From IMG/VR virus record IMGVR_UViG_3300025828_000016, positions 21,500 through 85,499 of that record: DNA of 64,000 nt; one strand, 5' to 3'. The first letter of the stretch is position 1; each line of letters opens with the position of its first letter. The position numbers were made by a program, and so were the translations under genes. The notes below the pieces were generated by a model that saw only the letters and a program-made list of their open reading frames with translations, did not search any database and had not been told where the DNA came from. Origin of the DNA: a virus. This document shows, piece after piece, positions 20,134 through 28,543 of this stretch.

Positions 20134-21447
20134 TTAAAGAATTTTAGAAGCGATTGTTGCTACTTTGGACCTCTCACCTTTGAGAAGAGTTACGTGCCCA
20201 GAAACATCAAAAGTTTTGAATTTTTCAACTGCGTGTGTAAGACCGTTTGAGGTTTCGTCTAGGTAGACGTTATCAATCTGTTCTACGTCACCAGTTAAAA
20301 TAATTTTTGTTCCCTCGCCAACACGAGTGAGGATAGTTTTGAGTTCGTGTGCTGTAAGGTTCTGTGCCTCGTCAATAATGATAAAAGCATTTGCTATGGA
20401 GCGTCCACGAATGTAAGTTAGTGCTTCTACTTCTATTTTGCCTCTTTCCATGTAATTTTCTAATGTTGCTTTATCGTTTGCCATTAGAAACTCAAGGTTA
20501 TCACGGATAGGAGCAACCCAAGGTGACATTTTTTCTTCTATTGTTCCTGGTAAGAAACCAATATCTCTGCCCATAGGTTGAATAGGTCTGGAAACTACAA
20601 GTCTGCTGTAAATTTCTTTTTCTACAACTTGGCTAAGACCGGCTGCGATTGCTAAAAGGGTTTTACCGCAACCAGCCTTGCCGACTAACGTTACTACATT
20701 TATTTTTGGGTCTTCTAATAAATCCATAGCAAAAATCTGCTCTTTATTTCTAGGTTTCAAACCCCAAAGTCTTTTTTTACTGCTAGTGTTGATTAACTTT
20801 AGGGGTTTCTCATAAGATTCAAACTTTCCAAGAGCAGTTTTCTTTTCATTTTGGTTTGAAATCAGCATAAGGAACTGATTTGGATTTAGTTGTAAATCTT
20901 CTTTTTCTATAAACACTTCTTCTCCTGAATAAAACCGGTCAAGGACAGGTTCATCCACCAAGTGAGTTAGGAAACCAGTATAAATATTATCTGTATCTTT
21001 TACAACTTGATCTGATTGGAAATCCTCGGTCGTCAAACCCAGAGAATCGCACTTAACACGCATGTTAATGTCTCGTGTGACCACGATTACTTTTCTTTTT
21101 GGGTTTTCATTTTTCTGGTTTAACGCAACGCTAATAATCTCATTATCAGGCACAGAAAGATCTAGATCCTCCGGTAGACCTTCTCTTTTGACCATTTTCA
21201 CGCATATTAGACCTTTCCCTTTATCAATCCTCACACCATTAGACAAACTACCTTTTTCACGGAGGGAATCAAGGACACGAATAACAGTTCTCGCATTTGT
21301 TCCTACACCGTCTTGTCTTTTTTTGTTATTATCTATTTCTTCAAGAACTTTTAAAGGAAGGACGATATCGTTATTACCATAGGAGCGAATACAATTTGCG
21401 TCTGTTAAACAAACACTCGTATCAAGAATATAAATTTTTTTAGCCAT
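20134..21447 (-). CDS. phoH: PhoH-family ATPase with N-terminal PIN domain
   Basis: LDTSV, EEID, DNEI, TRDINMR (PIN); GKAGCGKT, RGRS, DEAQN, GD..QID. Confidence 0.93.
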   Translation of the reverse strand: MAKKIYILDTSVCLTDANCIRSYGNNDIVLPLKVLEEIDNNKKRQDGVGTNARTVIRVLDSLREKGSLSNGVRIDKGKGLICVKMVKREGLPEDLDLSVPDNEIISVALNQKNENPKRKVIVVTRDINMRVKCDSLGLTTEDFQSDQVVKDTDNIYTGFLTHLVDEPVLDRFYSGEEVFIEKEDLQLNPNQFLMLISNQNEKKTALGKFESYEKPLKLINTSSKKRLWGLKPRNKEQIFAMDLLEDPKINVVTLVGKAGCGKTLLAIAAGLSQVVEKEIYSRLVVSRPIQPMGRDIGFLPGTIEEKMSPWVAPIRDNLEFLMANDKATLENYMERGKIEVEALTYIRGRSIANAFIIIDEAQNLTAHELKTILTRVGEGTKIILTGDVEQIDNVYLDETSNGLTHAVEKFKTFDVSGHVTLLKGERSKVATIASKIL

Positions 21448-21528
21448 GTTAACTCACTTTGTTAAGCATTTGATCTTTCTCACGAAACATCTACTTTTGA
21501 TAAATGTAACACGAGAAAGCAATCATTA

Positions 21529-21537
21529 TAAATAGTC
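21529..21537 (-). promoter_or_regulatory. Putative late promoter (GACTATTTA)
   Basis: Recurring motif upstream of phoH. Confidence 0.45.
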
Positions 21538-21626
21538 TTTTTATTTGTTTAGTTGGTAAAAAGGGGCACGGGGCACTTATTTATTTTAAGGGAGTAATAA
21601 TCCCTTTTACAAAGGAGGATAAGAAA

Positions 21627-22379
21627 ATGCGTGGGGTTATGATGTCTACCCTAATATTCGTTCTGTCGTTGACTATCTCTTGCGGCACAATGAATTCAAA
21701 CATAGAGGACAACTTTCCAAGAGATGGTTTTGCTTTCATTAGTAAGACAGTTGAGTTAAAAAAATGTATTGGTGAGAAATGTATGACTATGGACCTTCGT
21801 TCTACTGGTTCAGGTTATGTTGTGAGGGTCACAGAAAAGGGCGCTTATATTGTTACAGCAGCGCACGTCTGTGATGGAGAATCGGGGTTATTAGAAACAG
21901 TCACTCAAAAAGTGAAAATGAAAGTCTCAACTATTCTGTTGGAAACTTATGATGCAGAGATACTAAAAAAAGATGCTGAAATAGATGCTTGTTTACTTTT
22001 TGCTGAAGGTTTGACTACTGGGGTAAGTGTTATTCCATTGGCAATGAAACCTCCAAAGAAAGGTGAAAGAGTTTATAATATTGCCGCTCCTTTGGGTGTG
22101 TTTAACTATGATATGGTTCCTATCTTTGAAGGCAGATATGCTGGTGAGGATGGGGGACAAGATCTTTATACACTTCCAGCAACTTTTGGTTCTTCTGGAT
22201 CTATGCTTCTAAATTCTAAAGGTGAGTTGGTAGGAATGGTTCACTCTGTTCTTGCTAAGTTTAGAAATGTTGCTATTTCTTCACCTTTTCACAAACTAAT
22301 GCGTTTTATTAGATCTGGTCTCAGAGACGCTTCCATTCACGAGTGGGCTTGTGTAGCACCTGAAAAGTGTGCTAAATAA
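21627..22379 (+). CDS. Trypsin-like serine protease, probable lipoprotein
   Basis: Lipobox-like TISC, TAAHVC, GSSGS catalytic motifs. Confidence 0.85.
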   Translation: MRGVMMSTLIFVLSLTISCGTMNSNIEDNFPRDGFAFISKTVELKKCIGEKCMTMDLRSTGSGYVVRVTEKGAYIVTAAHVCDGESGLLETVTQKVKMKVSTILLETYDAEILKKDAEIDACLLFAEGLTTGVSVIPLAMKPPKKGERVYNIAAPLGVFNYDMVPIFEGRYAGEDGGQDLYTLPATFGSSGSMLLNSKGELVGMVHSVLAKFRNVAISSPFHKLMRFIRSGLRDASIHEWACVAPEKCAK

Positions 22380-22725
22380 TCGAATTTCTCTTCCAAATAG
22401 TCAAACCTAGTTTATTTTTAATCCAATACAGGTCTGTATATAAATTTATATAATCTGCGTAATTATCTTCGTTTGTGTTCTCTTTCATAAAAGTTAATTC
22501 ATCTAGATTAAAAAATATATCAAAATAATTTTTTATTTTTTTATCTAAATCTTTTTTAGAATTTATCATTTTAGATTTTGAGTTTGGTAAATAAAAATAA
22601 TAATCAGATTTATCATTAATAACAGATGTAACAACCGCTCCATTATTCACTTCAACCTTTAAACTTATATGATCTATGTTAGTAACGTACCAATGTTCAT
22701 TTTCAAATATTTTCTTTCTATTCAT
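22372..22725 (-). CDS. Hypothetical protein
   Basis: 117 aa ORF. Confidence 0.55.
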   Translation of the reverse strand: MNRKKIFENEHWYVTNIDHISLKVEVNNGAVVTSVINDKSDYYFYLPNSKSKMINSKKDLDKKIKNYFDIFFNLDELTFMKENTNEDNYADYINLYTDLYWIKNKLGLTIWKRNSII

Positions 22726-22937
22726 TAATCAACTGCCGATATTAAGTTTGCTCTTACAAACTCTACTTTTTTATTTTTATTTTTTGGATCTTGTAGGGTT
22801 AGATATTGTTCTGAATTCCATTTGAGGTATTGAATATCCTCTAACAACCAAACTCTATTCTGATAATAAACTGGTGAACCTATGTAGGCTCTTTTTCCAT
22901 TTCCATCTAGTGTAAATCTTGTTGTAGACATTTTCAA
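22725..22937 (-). CDS. Hypothetical small beta protein
   Basis: 70 aa ORF with GGAGG RBS. Confidence 0.6.
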   Translation of the reverse strand: MKMSTTRFTLDGNGKRAYIGSPVYYQNRVWLLEDIQYLKWNSEQYLTLQDPKNKNKKVEFVRANLISAVD

Positions 22938-22946
22938 CCCCTCCGT

Positions 22947-23177
22947 TTAAGGGGTTGTTAACCCCTCTTCTTTTCTTTGAGTAGCATAATCATCAAGCGC
23001 ATCAACACTATCTAATGCTTCTGATAATAGTTTAGTCCATTTATCAATTTCTTTTAAGATATCTGTGTGTTCTCCGACCATTACTGTTTTGGTAAATAGC
23101 ATATCCAACATTGCTCTTGCTTCTTCTGCCTGTGCTTCATATTTTATTCTCGCTGCATTAAATAATTTTATGTTCAT
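22947..23177 (-). CDS. Hypothetical helical phage protein
   Basis: VGEHTDI motif; coupled start. Confidence 0.65.
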   Translation of the reverse strand: MNIKLFNAARIKYEAQAEEARAMLDMLFTKTVMVGEHTDILKEIDKWTKLLSEALDSVDALDDYATQRKEEGLTTP

Positions 23178-23548
23178 ATATCCTCTTCGGTTTCTTCAAA
23201 AAAAGAAATAGTATTATACTTCTTAATATAACGGTTAAATTCCATATAGTCAACCCCTAAAAATCGTGCTGCTTCTTTTTTTGTTCTTGCAATGCTCAGG
23301 GCAGTCTTTAAAAGAGCATCTGTGACTGCGTGTCTAGTCAGTCTCCAGATAGGTATGCCATAGAACTTACCATATAAATATCTAGTAGACAACTCTAACT
23401 TAATAGCTATTAGATCTTCTAAAGCAATATTATTGATATTATTTAAGGTATTGTCAGTTATTTTCTTTTCTAACTTAAGTTTATTTATTATACTAAATTT
23501 AGAATATTTGGTATAAGGTTTTTTATCTCTTTTATTTTTCCAAGGCAT
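23174..23548 (-). CDS. Fis-like helix-turn-helix protein
   Basis: ALSIARTKKEAARFLGV HTH motif. Confidence 0.65.
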   Translation of the reverse strand: MPWKNKRDKKPYTKYSKFSIINKLKLEKKITDNTLNNINNIALEDLIAIKLELSTRYLYGKFYGIPIWRLTRHAVTDALLKTALSIARTKKEAARFLGVDYMEFNRYIKKYNTISFFEETEEDI

Positions 23549-23589
23549 GTTTAAATAATAGTATATTATATGATATAATTTAATTTATA

Positions 23590-24324
23590 TTATTTATTAT
23601 AATCTGGTGATTCTGGTTCTGGAACGGTTGGTTGGAGTTCTTCCTCAAATCTATCAAAATAAAGTTTAAGGTTAGTTAGCATATATTCTTTATAAAGTTT
23701 TCTATCTTCTGCATCTGCTAAAGACTCATAAGCATCCTGAATTTGGTTTTCGATTTTATTGAATGTTGTTGAGGCGAAATTACGACCGGTAACATTCATG
23801 CCTGATAGATCTTGAAAAGATTCTTGTTCTGCTGGTTCTTCTTCTGCTGGTTTATCTTGATCTCGAACTGGAATGAATCGGTCCTCTTCAACATCAACGT
23901 CCAAAGTGACTTCTTCTTCTAATTCTTCTTCATTTTCTTCTTGACTTCCCTCGGCGCTTGCTGTAACATCTATTGGAGTTAGTGAATTTTCAACTGCGTT
24001 GAGAATGTGCGCTCTGAAAGAATCTCTTTGTTCTTTTGAGGTTGTAAGCCCCTTATAAGCATCCTCGACAATAGGAATAATAACTTTTAGAGTGTCTTCG
24101 AGAACATTAATACCAGTTGATCTTTGTGGTTGCTCATCAGGAACGTCAGCGGTTGCTTCTTTGATTAGAGAGCGAATAATGCCACGAAGTCTATTTTCTT
24201 CTAACATTACTTTATCTTGTTTTTCAGCAAGGTAGTTTTCTAGAAGTGAGCGGACAACTTTACGGAGACGCTGTTCTTCTTTTGCTTCTTTCAGTTCTTT
24301 TAAAAGTTCATTGCGATCAATCAT
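23590..24324 (-). CDS. Acidic probable virion-internal/scaffold-like protein
   Basis: LRxxIRxLIxE helices, Glu-rich linkers, late motif upstream; start refined to MIDRNE. Confidence 0.55.
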   Translation of the reverse strand: MIDRNELLKELKEAKEEQRLRKVVRSLLENYLAEKQDKVMLEENRLRGIIRSLIKEATADVPDEQPQRSTGINVLEDTLKVIIPIVEDAYKGLTTSKEQRDSFRAHILNAVENSLTPIDVTASAEGSQEENEEELEEEVTLDVDVEEDRFIPVRDQDKPAEEEPAEQESFQDLSGMNVTGRNFASTTFNKIENQIQDAYESLADAEDRKLYKEYMLTNLKLYFDRFEEELQPTVPEPESPDYNK

Positions 24325-24328
24325 TAAT

Positions 24329-26449
24329 TTAGACTCCAAGTTTCTGTAATAAATAGTTTAACGCCTCATTAACTTCAGTTTCAGAAATATTTCTTCTTTT
24401 AACTCGTCCAACTGGACCAGGACTGCCCTGGACTGCTGCAGCGACAGTTGTTTCTTCTATTTCTTCTTCTTTCAAAGGGTCAGTACACATTTTTTTTGCT
24501 TCTTTTTTACTTAAAGCAGGTTTTCCCTTAAACTTCTTTCGACTCTTACCCATTTGAGCACAAGCCCATTTTCTTTGTTGCTCGCTTTCTGCTCTTTCCT
24601 GTAATACCTCGTCAACTAACCCACGAAAAATACCCAAGAATGGGTCGTTTGCCTCCTTTTGAATTGTTTTTGGTTTTAGCGTAAGTTCCTTTTTTACCAT
24701 ATCAACGATATCTTGTTCTCTATCTTTTGATGTATCTGGTAAATACTTATCAATGTCGCTACCATTTGCAATAGCCTCTCTAAAGTGACTAGCATGTAAA
24801 ACTTCACCAACAGGCTTGAAAGCATAGTCTAGAGGATTTAGGACTTCTGCGTCTTCAGCATATTTTTGAACATTACCAGCGAAACGTTCAGCAGCATCGC
24901 CATCTTTTGTTGAGGCACCAAGAATAATCTTTGTTCCTTTCATCTCCGGTCTTTTTCCATAGTTCATTGCGGCACCTACGGGCGAAGGAGCGTCTGGAAT
25001 TTCAACATCAACGTTAGTAAGGTTGGCGTCATCTAAATAAATATGTAGAATTTTTGCAGCAGTTTGCGCTGTGATACCGTCTCTCGGCTTTGGACTGACC
25101 AAAACAACCACTCTATCAGCCAACCTAGCATAATGCTCAATCATGTCCAAATGACCTCTATGAGCAGGCTTGAATTTTCCTGGTAAAATAGCGACAGTTT
25201 CGCCTTCATTTTGCTCACGAAGCATTTCCTTGACCATCTGTGGGATCTTTCCTCTTCCGTAGCGAAATAACCCCAAAAGTTGGTTCATAGGAGCAAAGTT
25301 TCCTGTAAACTTATACATTTGACCATCGTGTTGGAAAACAAAACCTTCTACAACTGTGTCGATGTTATCATGGTGCTTAAGTTTGGTGAGTTGTCTTACT
25401 AAAATGTCTTGTGCTGCTTCTTGCTCTGGACCTTCATAATCTTGAATGGCACGAATAGCAGATTCAGTTTCGTTTTTTAGTCTTTCGACCTCGGATTCAT
25501 TATCGAGAATGTAAGCACTTTTTAGACCACGGAGAAGTTCAACTGCAAAGTCGTGGATAGCCATTTCGATAGGTTCAATTAATTTTTTTATTAAAAACTT
25601 TGAGTTCTTGTTAAATGCTGAAACCTTTGCTTTAACTTCTGCGTCCATTCCTTTTGTTATTTGAGTTGTTGTTGGGGCACTTTTATCACCCAACATTCTT
25701 CTAACGAGAAGTTCAACCCTTTGATCGTCTAATTCTGGCAAACTTTCAGCAGTGTAAGGTGTAAGTTTATCATGGAGATAATCATTGATTGTCATGTTGC
25801 CTGAATAACCAGTTTGCTTAATCCGGTTCAGAACTTCCTCTACAAACGCTTCGTCGGTTATTTTATTGAGGGTAAGAAAGGCAGTTCGACGAACTCTAAA
25901 GTCTTCGTTTGCTGTTGCTTCTTCGAATCTATCAATAACGCTATCTAAAAATGCTGATTCTTTTTCATTTGCTACAACTTCTAGGGTGTTGTCTTCTTTA
26001 TTATATTTTTTATGACCCATTCGGTGAATGTTCACGACATTTTCGTCATAGTTAACAACATTTGGAGCAACTGGACCTTGGATTTCGGTGTTGTAGAAGA
26101 TTTCACCATTAGGTCCGAAGATTTGTGCCTTTTCTTCTTCTGAAAGTGAATCAAGAGCACTAACATAGGAATTAAAAGCAGTTACATAAGCACGTTTTGA
26201 ATCTTCACCACCACGAAACTCACGGTTAATAAGATCTTCAAATGTCATTCCACCACGAGACATATCACCTTTGTTTCTGGCAGCACGAGGTTTTCCATCA
26301 ACATAACCGAGATAAATGTTATAACCGTCAGTTTTTTCTGTTCCTACAAGTTCACCCGAAGCGGCTTTTTGTAGAATCTTTGCCATTTCGTTGAAAGTAA
26401 GATCACGATTATCATAAAGATGTGATAAGTGTCCTGCTACGCCGCCCAT
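24329..26449 (-). CDS. Multidomain protein: ligase-like nucleotidyltransferase (KxDG) plus HxGH cytidylyltransferase-like domain
   Basis: HLSHLYD, TEKTDG, EGFVF..YKFTG; GKFKPAHRGH; charged C-tail with L-x-E sites. Confidence 0.7.
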   Translation of the reverse strand: MGGVAGHLSHLYDNRDLTFNEMAKILQKAASGELVGTEKTDGYNIYLGYVDGKPRAARNKGDMSRGGMTFEDLINREFRGGEDSKRAYVTAFNSYVSALDSLSEEEKAQIFGPNGEIFYNTEIQGPVAPNVVNYDENVVNIHRMGHKKYNKEDNTLEVVANEKESAFLDSVIDRFEEATANEDFRVRRTAFLTLNKITDEAFVEEVLNRIKQTGYSGNMTINDYLHDKLTPYTAESLPELDDQRVELLVRRMLGDKSAPTTTQITKGMDAEVKAKVSAFNKNSKFLIKKLIEPIEMAIHDFAVELLRGLKSAYILDNESEVERLKNETESAIRAIQDYEGPEQEAAQDILVRQLTKLKHHDNIDTVVEGFVFQHDGQMYKFTGNFAPMNQLLGLFRYGRGKIPQMVKEMLREQNEGETVAILPGKFKPAHRGHLDMIEHYARLADRVVVLVSPKPRDGITAQTAAKILHIYLDDANLTNVDVEIPDAPSPVGAAMNYGKRPEMKGTKIILGASTKDGDAAERFAGNVQKYAEDAEVLNPLDYAFKPVGEVLHASHFREAIANGSDIDKYLPDTSKDREQDIVDMVKKELTLKPKTIQKEANDPFLGIFRGLVDEVLQERAESEQQRKWACAQMGKSRKKFKGKPALSKKEAKKMCTDPLKEEEIEETTVAAAVQGSPGPVGRVKRRNISETEVNEALNYLLQKLGV
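24350..24358 (-). promoter_or_regulatory. Putative late promoter AACTATTTA
   Basis: Recurring motif 25 nt before ATG. Confidence 0.55.
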
Positions 26450-26453
26450 AGGT

Positions 26454-26702
26454 TTATTTTCCTTCTTCTAGTATTTTTACTTGTTCTTCTAGGAGTGAAA
26501 TTTTATTTTCTAGTTGATTAACAACTCTTCTTATTTCTTGTAAGTGTTGTCTGGCAACTGAAAGTTGTCTATTTTCTTTTTGACTTTTTGGTCGTACTTC
26601 GTCTAAAATGCGGAGAACAGACTCGACATAAGCACGAGCACTTGGATTTTTTGATTCACCTAACAGAAAATCCCTCGTCATTTTTCGAAAATCAATTTTC
26701 AT
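26454..26702 (-). CDS. Coiled-coil hypothetical protein
   Basis: 82 aa; N-terminus ends in LLGE. Confidence 0.6.
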   Translation of the reverse strand: MKIDFRKMTRDFLLGESKNPSARAYVESVLRILDEVRPKSQKENRQLSVARQHLQEIRRVVNQLENKISLLEEQVKILEEGK

Positions 26703-27452
26703 TTATTTGCCCTTAGACATCTCTGCGAGAATATCACGGACGGCATCACGAAGTGCTGCTTCGTCAAGGTCTTCTTGTTCTAACATTCTTGCTTCTGGTG
26801 AAGCGGGGTGTGCTTCATCGTGTGAGCATTTACACTCGTCTGCTGGCATATCACAGTCTGGGCATTTCTCCCCAGGTGCTTCTTCTAATTGAGCAGTAGC
26901 GTAGTCTGCGTTGGATAGGTTGTAAGTTCCCATTCCTTCGTTTAGGAATGATTTCTCTTTTGGTTTGTATCCCCATTTATCCATAAGCATCTCGCCAAAT
27001 TCTTTATCTCTCCAATTTTTGTAAGACATTTTCTGTTCTCCTTTTTTGTCTTCATTGACATAAATAGTCATCTTTTTTTGTTTTAATCCGTCTTCCCAAT
27101 CACGGAAACACATATTGCCTTTCTCATAGGCTTCACGTTCCATTTCTCTCATTTGACCGTCCTCCTGGGCATAACCAGGACGAGTTGGACCCATTCCCGT
27201 TAGGTCGCCTCTTTCATTTTGTAGGTGGTGAACTAATTCATGGGCGAGAGAACGCAAGCAGTCTTTCATGTGTCTTCCGGTTGTGTAGACTGTGATAGAT
27301 TGCGCGGCAGGTTCGTAATGTGCTGTTTTTCCTAACGGTTTTAAACTATTTTGTTGGTCTTGGGCAAAGATTATGGAGGGTTTGTTTTGTAGTTTATAAC
27401 GCTGGTGGAAAAACTCTATTAAGTCATTAGCATAAGTGCGGATATTGTTCAT
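26703..27452 (-). CDS. Zincin HExxH domain protein with acidic C-terminal module (probable virion protein)
   Basis: RSLAHELVHH, EREAY; late motif 5 nt upstream of ATG. Confidence 0.7.
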   Translation of the reverse strand: MNNIRTYANDLIEFFHQRYKLQNKPSIIFAQDQQNSLKPLGKTAHYEPAAQSITVYTTGRHMKDCLRSLAHELVHHLQNERGDLTGMGPTRPGYAQEDGQMREMEREAYEKGNMCFRDWEDGLKQKKMTIYVNEDKKGEQKMSYKNWRDKEFGEMLMDKWGYKPKEKSFLNEGMGTYNLSNADYATAQLEEAPGEKCPDCDMPADECKCSHDEAHPASPEARMLEQEDLDEAALRDAVRDILAEMSKGK

Positions 27453-27457
27453 AACTA

Positions 27458-27466
27458 TAAGTAGTT
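27458..27466 (-). promoter_or_regulatory. Putative late promoter AACTACTTA
   Basis: 5 nt before ATG 27452. Confidence 0.6.
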
Positions 27467-27488
27467 AAAAGTTTGCTAATGTCTCAAC

Positions 27489-28487
27489 TTATACTTCGTG
27501 AGGGGAACGAGAAAACACAACAGACTTAACAAAATGATTTGTGTTAAGTCGGCGTCGAATGTGATCTTCCATTCCGTGAGCATCTGAAAAGCGTTTGAGA
27601 GTTCCATTTTCGTTAACAGCGAAGTGACCAACATTTTCTAATACGTCCATTTTGTTGAAAACAATATGTGTTGCTCCATTAATGTTAACGGCTTTCTCCA
27701 AGAAGTTTAAGTTCATCCAGTTTACTTGGCGCTTTCTTCCTGTTGTTGCTCCGAACTCTTGCCCTTCCTCTTGAATTTTATTGAAAATATCGCCTGGAGG
27801 TTGAAATGTTTTAGAACCCACGTAAGTTTCATAAGACTTTGCTACTCCGTAAATGTTTCTTACTGCTTGTGGTGGAACACCGTTCATAAGCGCCGCTGCT
27901 GAAATACAGTTTGAAGAAGTTACATAAGGATAGGAACCCCAATCAATGTCTAGTCCAAAACCTTGTGCTCCCTCGAAAAGAATAACTGGGTTATGTGTTC
28001 TCTCGTGTAGTTCTTCGTAGAGGTCAATAAGATAAGGGCGAAGTTCAACAATATCCTCGGCACGAGTTCCAGTTCTAGCAAACTTATCACGGTAAGCGGG
28101 ACCGTTGCCTCGTTTAGTTGTGCCGATTTTTGATTCTTTTGCTTCTTCGTTAATGTGGTCTTGTGTGATAATGTGAGCGTTTTTAGCAATAAAAACGAGA
28201 CCTTTGGTTTTTACACCGCCGTCCTCTAACTCTTGAATTTCTTTAAAAAATTGTTCCACGTTGACGACACACCCCGGACCAATAATGGACCGAACGCCAA
28301 AAAATACACCGGCAGGTATATGATGAGTAATAAATTTTTTCCCTTGATGAAAGATAGTGTGACCGGCATTGCAACCGCCATTATATCTGATAACATGTGT
28401 GTATTCTCCTGTGCGACAAAGGTGATGAGTTACCTTTCCCTTTCCGCAATCGCCATACTGTAAATCAACTACGATATCTGAAATCAT
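27489..28487 (-). CDS. purA: Adenylosuccinate synthetase (short form)
   Basis: QYGDCGKGK, GGCNAGHT, EGAQG, YPYVTSS, GATTGRKR, NKMD. Confidence 0.93.
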   Translation of the reverse strand: MISDIVVDLQYGDCGKGKVTHHLCRTGEYTHVIRYNGGCNAGHTIFHQGKKFITHHIPAGVFFGVRSIIGPGCVVNVEQFFKEIQELEDGGVKTKGLVFIAKNAHIITQDHINEEAKESKIGTTKRGNGPAYRDKFARTGTRAEDIVELRPYLIDLYEELHERTHNPVILFEGAQGFGLDIDWGSYPYVTSSNCISAAALMNGVPPQAVRNIYGVAKSYETYVGSKTFQPPGDIFNKIQEEGQEFGATTGRKRQVNWMNLNFLEKAVNINGATHIVFNKMDVLENVGHFAVNENGTLKRFSDAHGMEDHIRRRLNTNHFVKSVVFSRSPHEV

Positions 28488-28527
28488 TTAAAACCTCCAA
28501 ATGAGGTTTTATTATAACATAAAGGAT

Positions 28528-28536
28528 TAAATAGTT
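28528..28536 (-). promoter_or_regulatory. Putative late promoter AACTATTTA
   Basis: Upstream of purA; TGnTATAAT also present. Confidence 0.5.
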
Positions 28537-28543
28537 AAAGTTT

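Noticed and set aside
27489-28487. PurZ (2-aminoadenine Z-genome)
   Set aside because: Retains the PurA Asp (GDxGKG, not GSxGKG) and the TTGR aspartate loop; no datZ/mazZ neighbours seen
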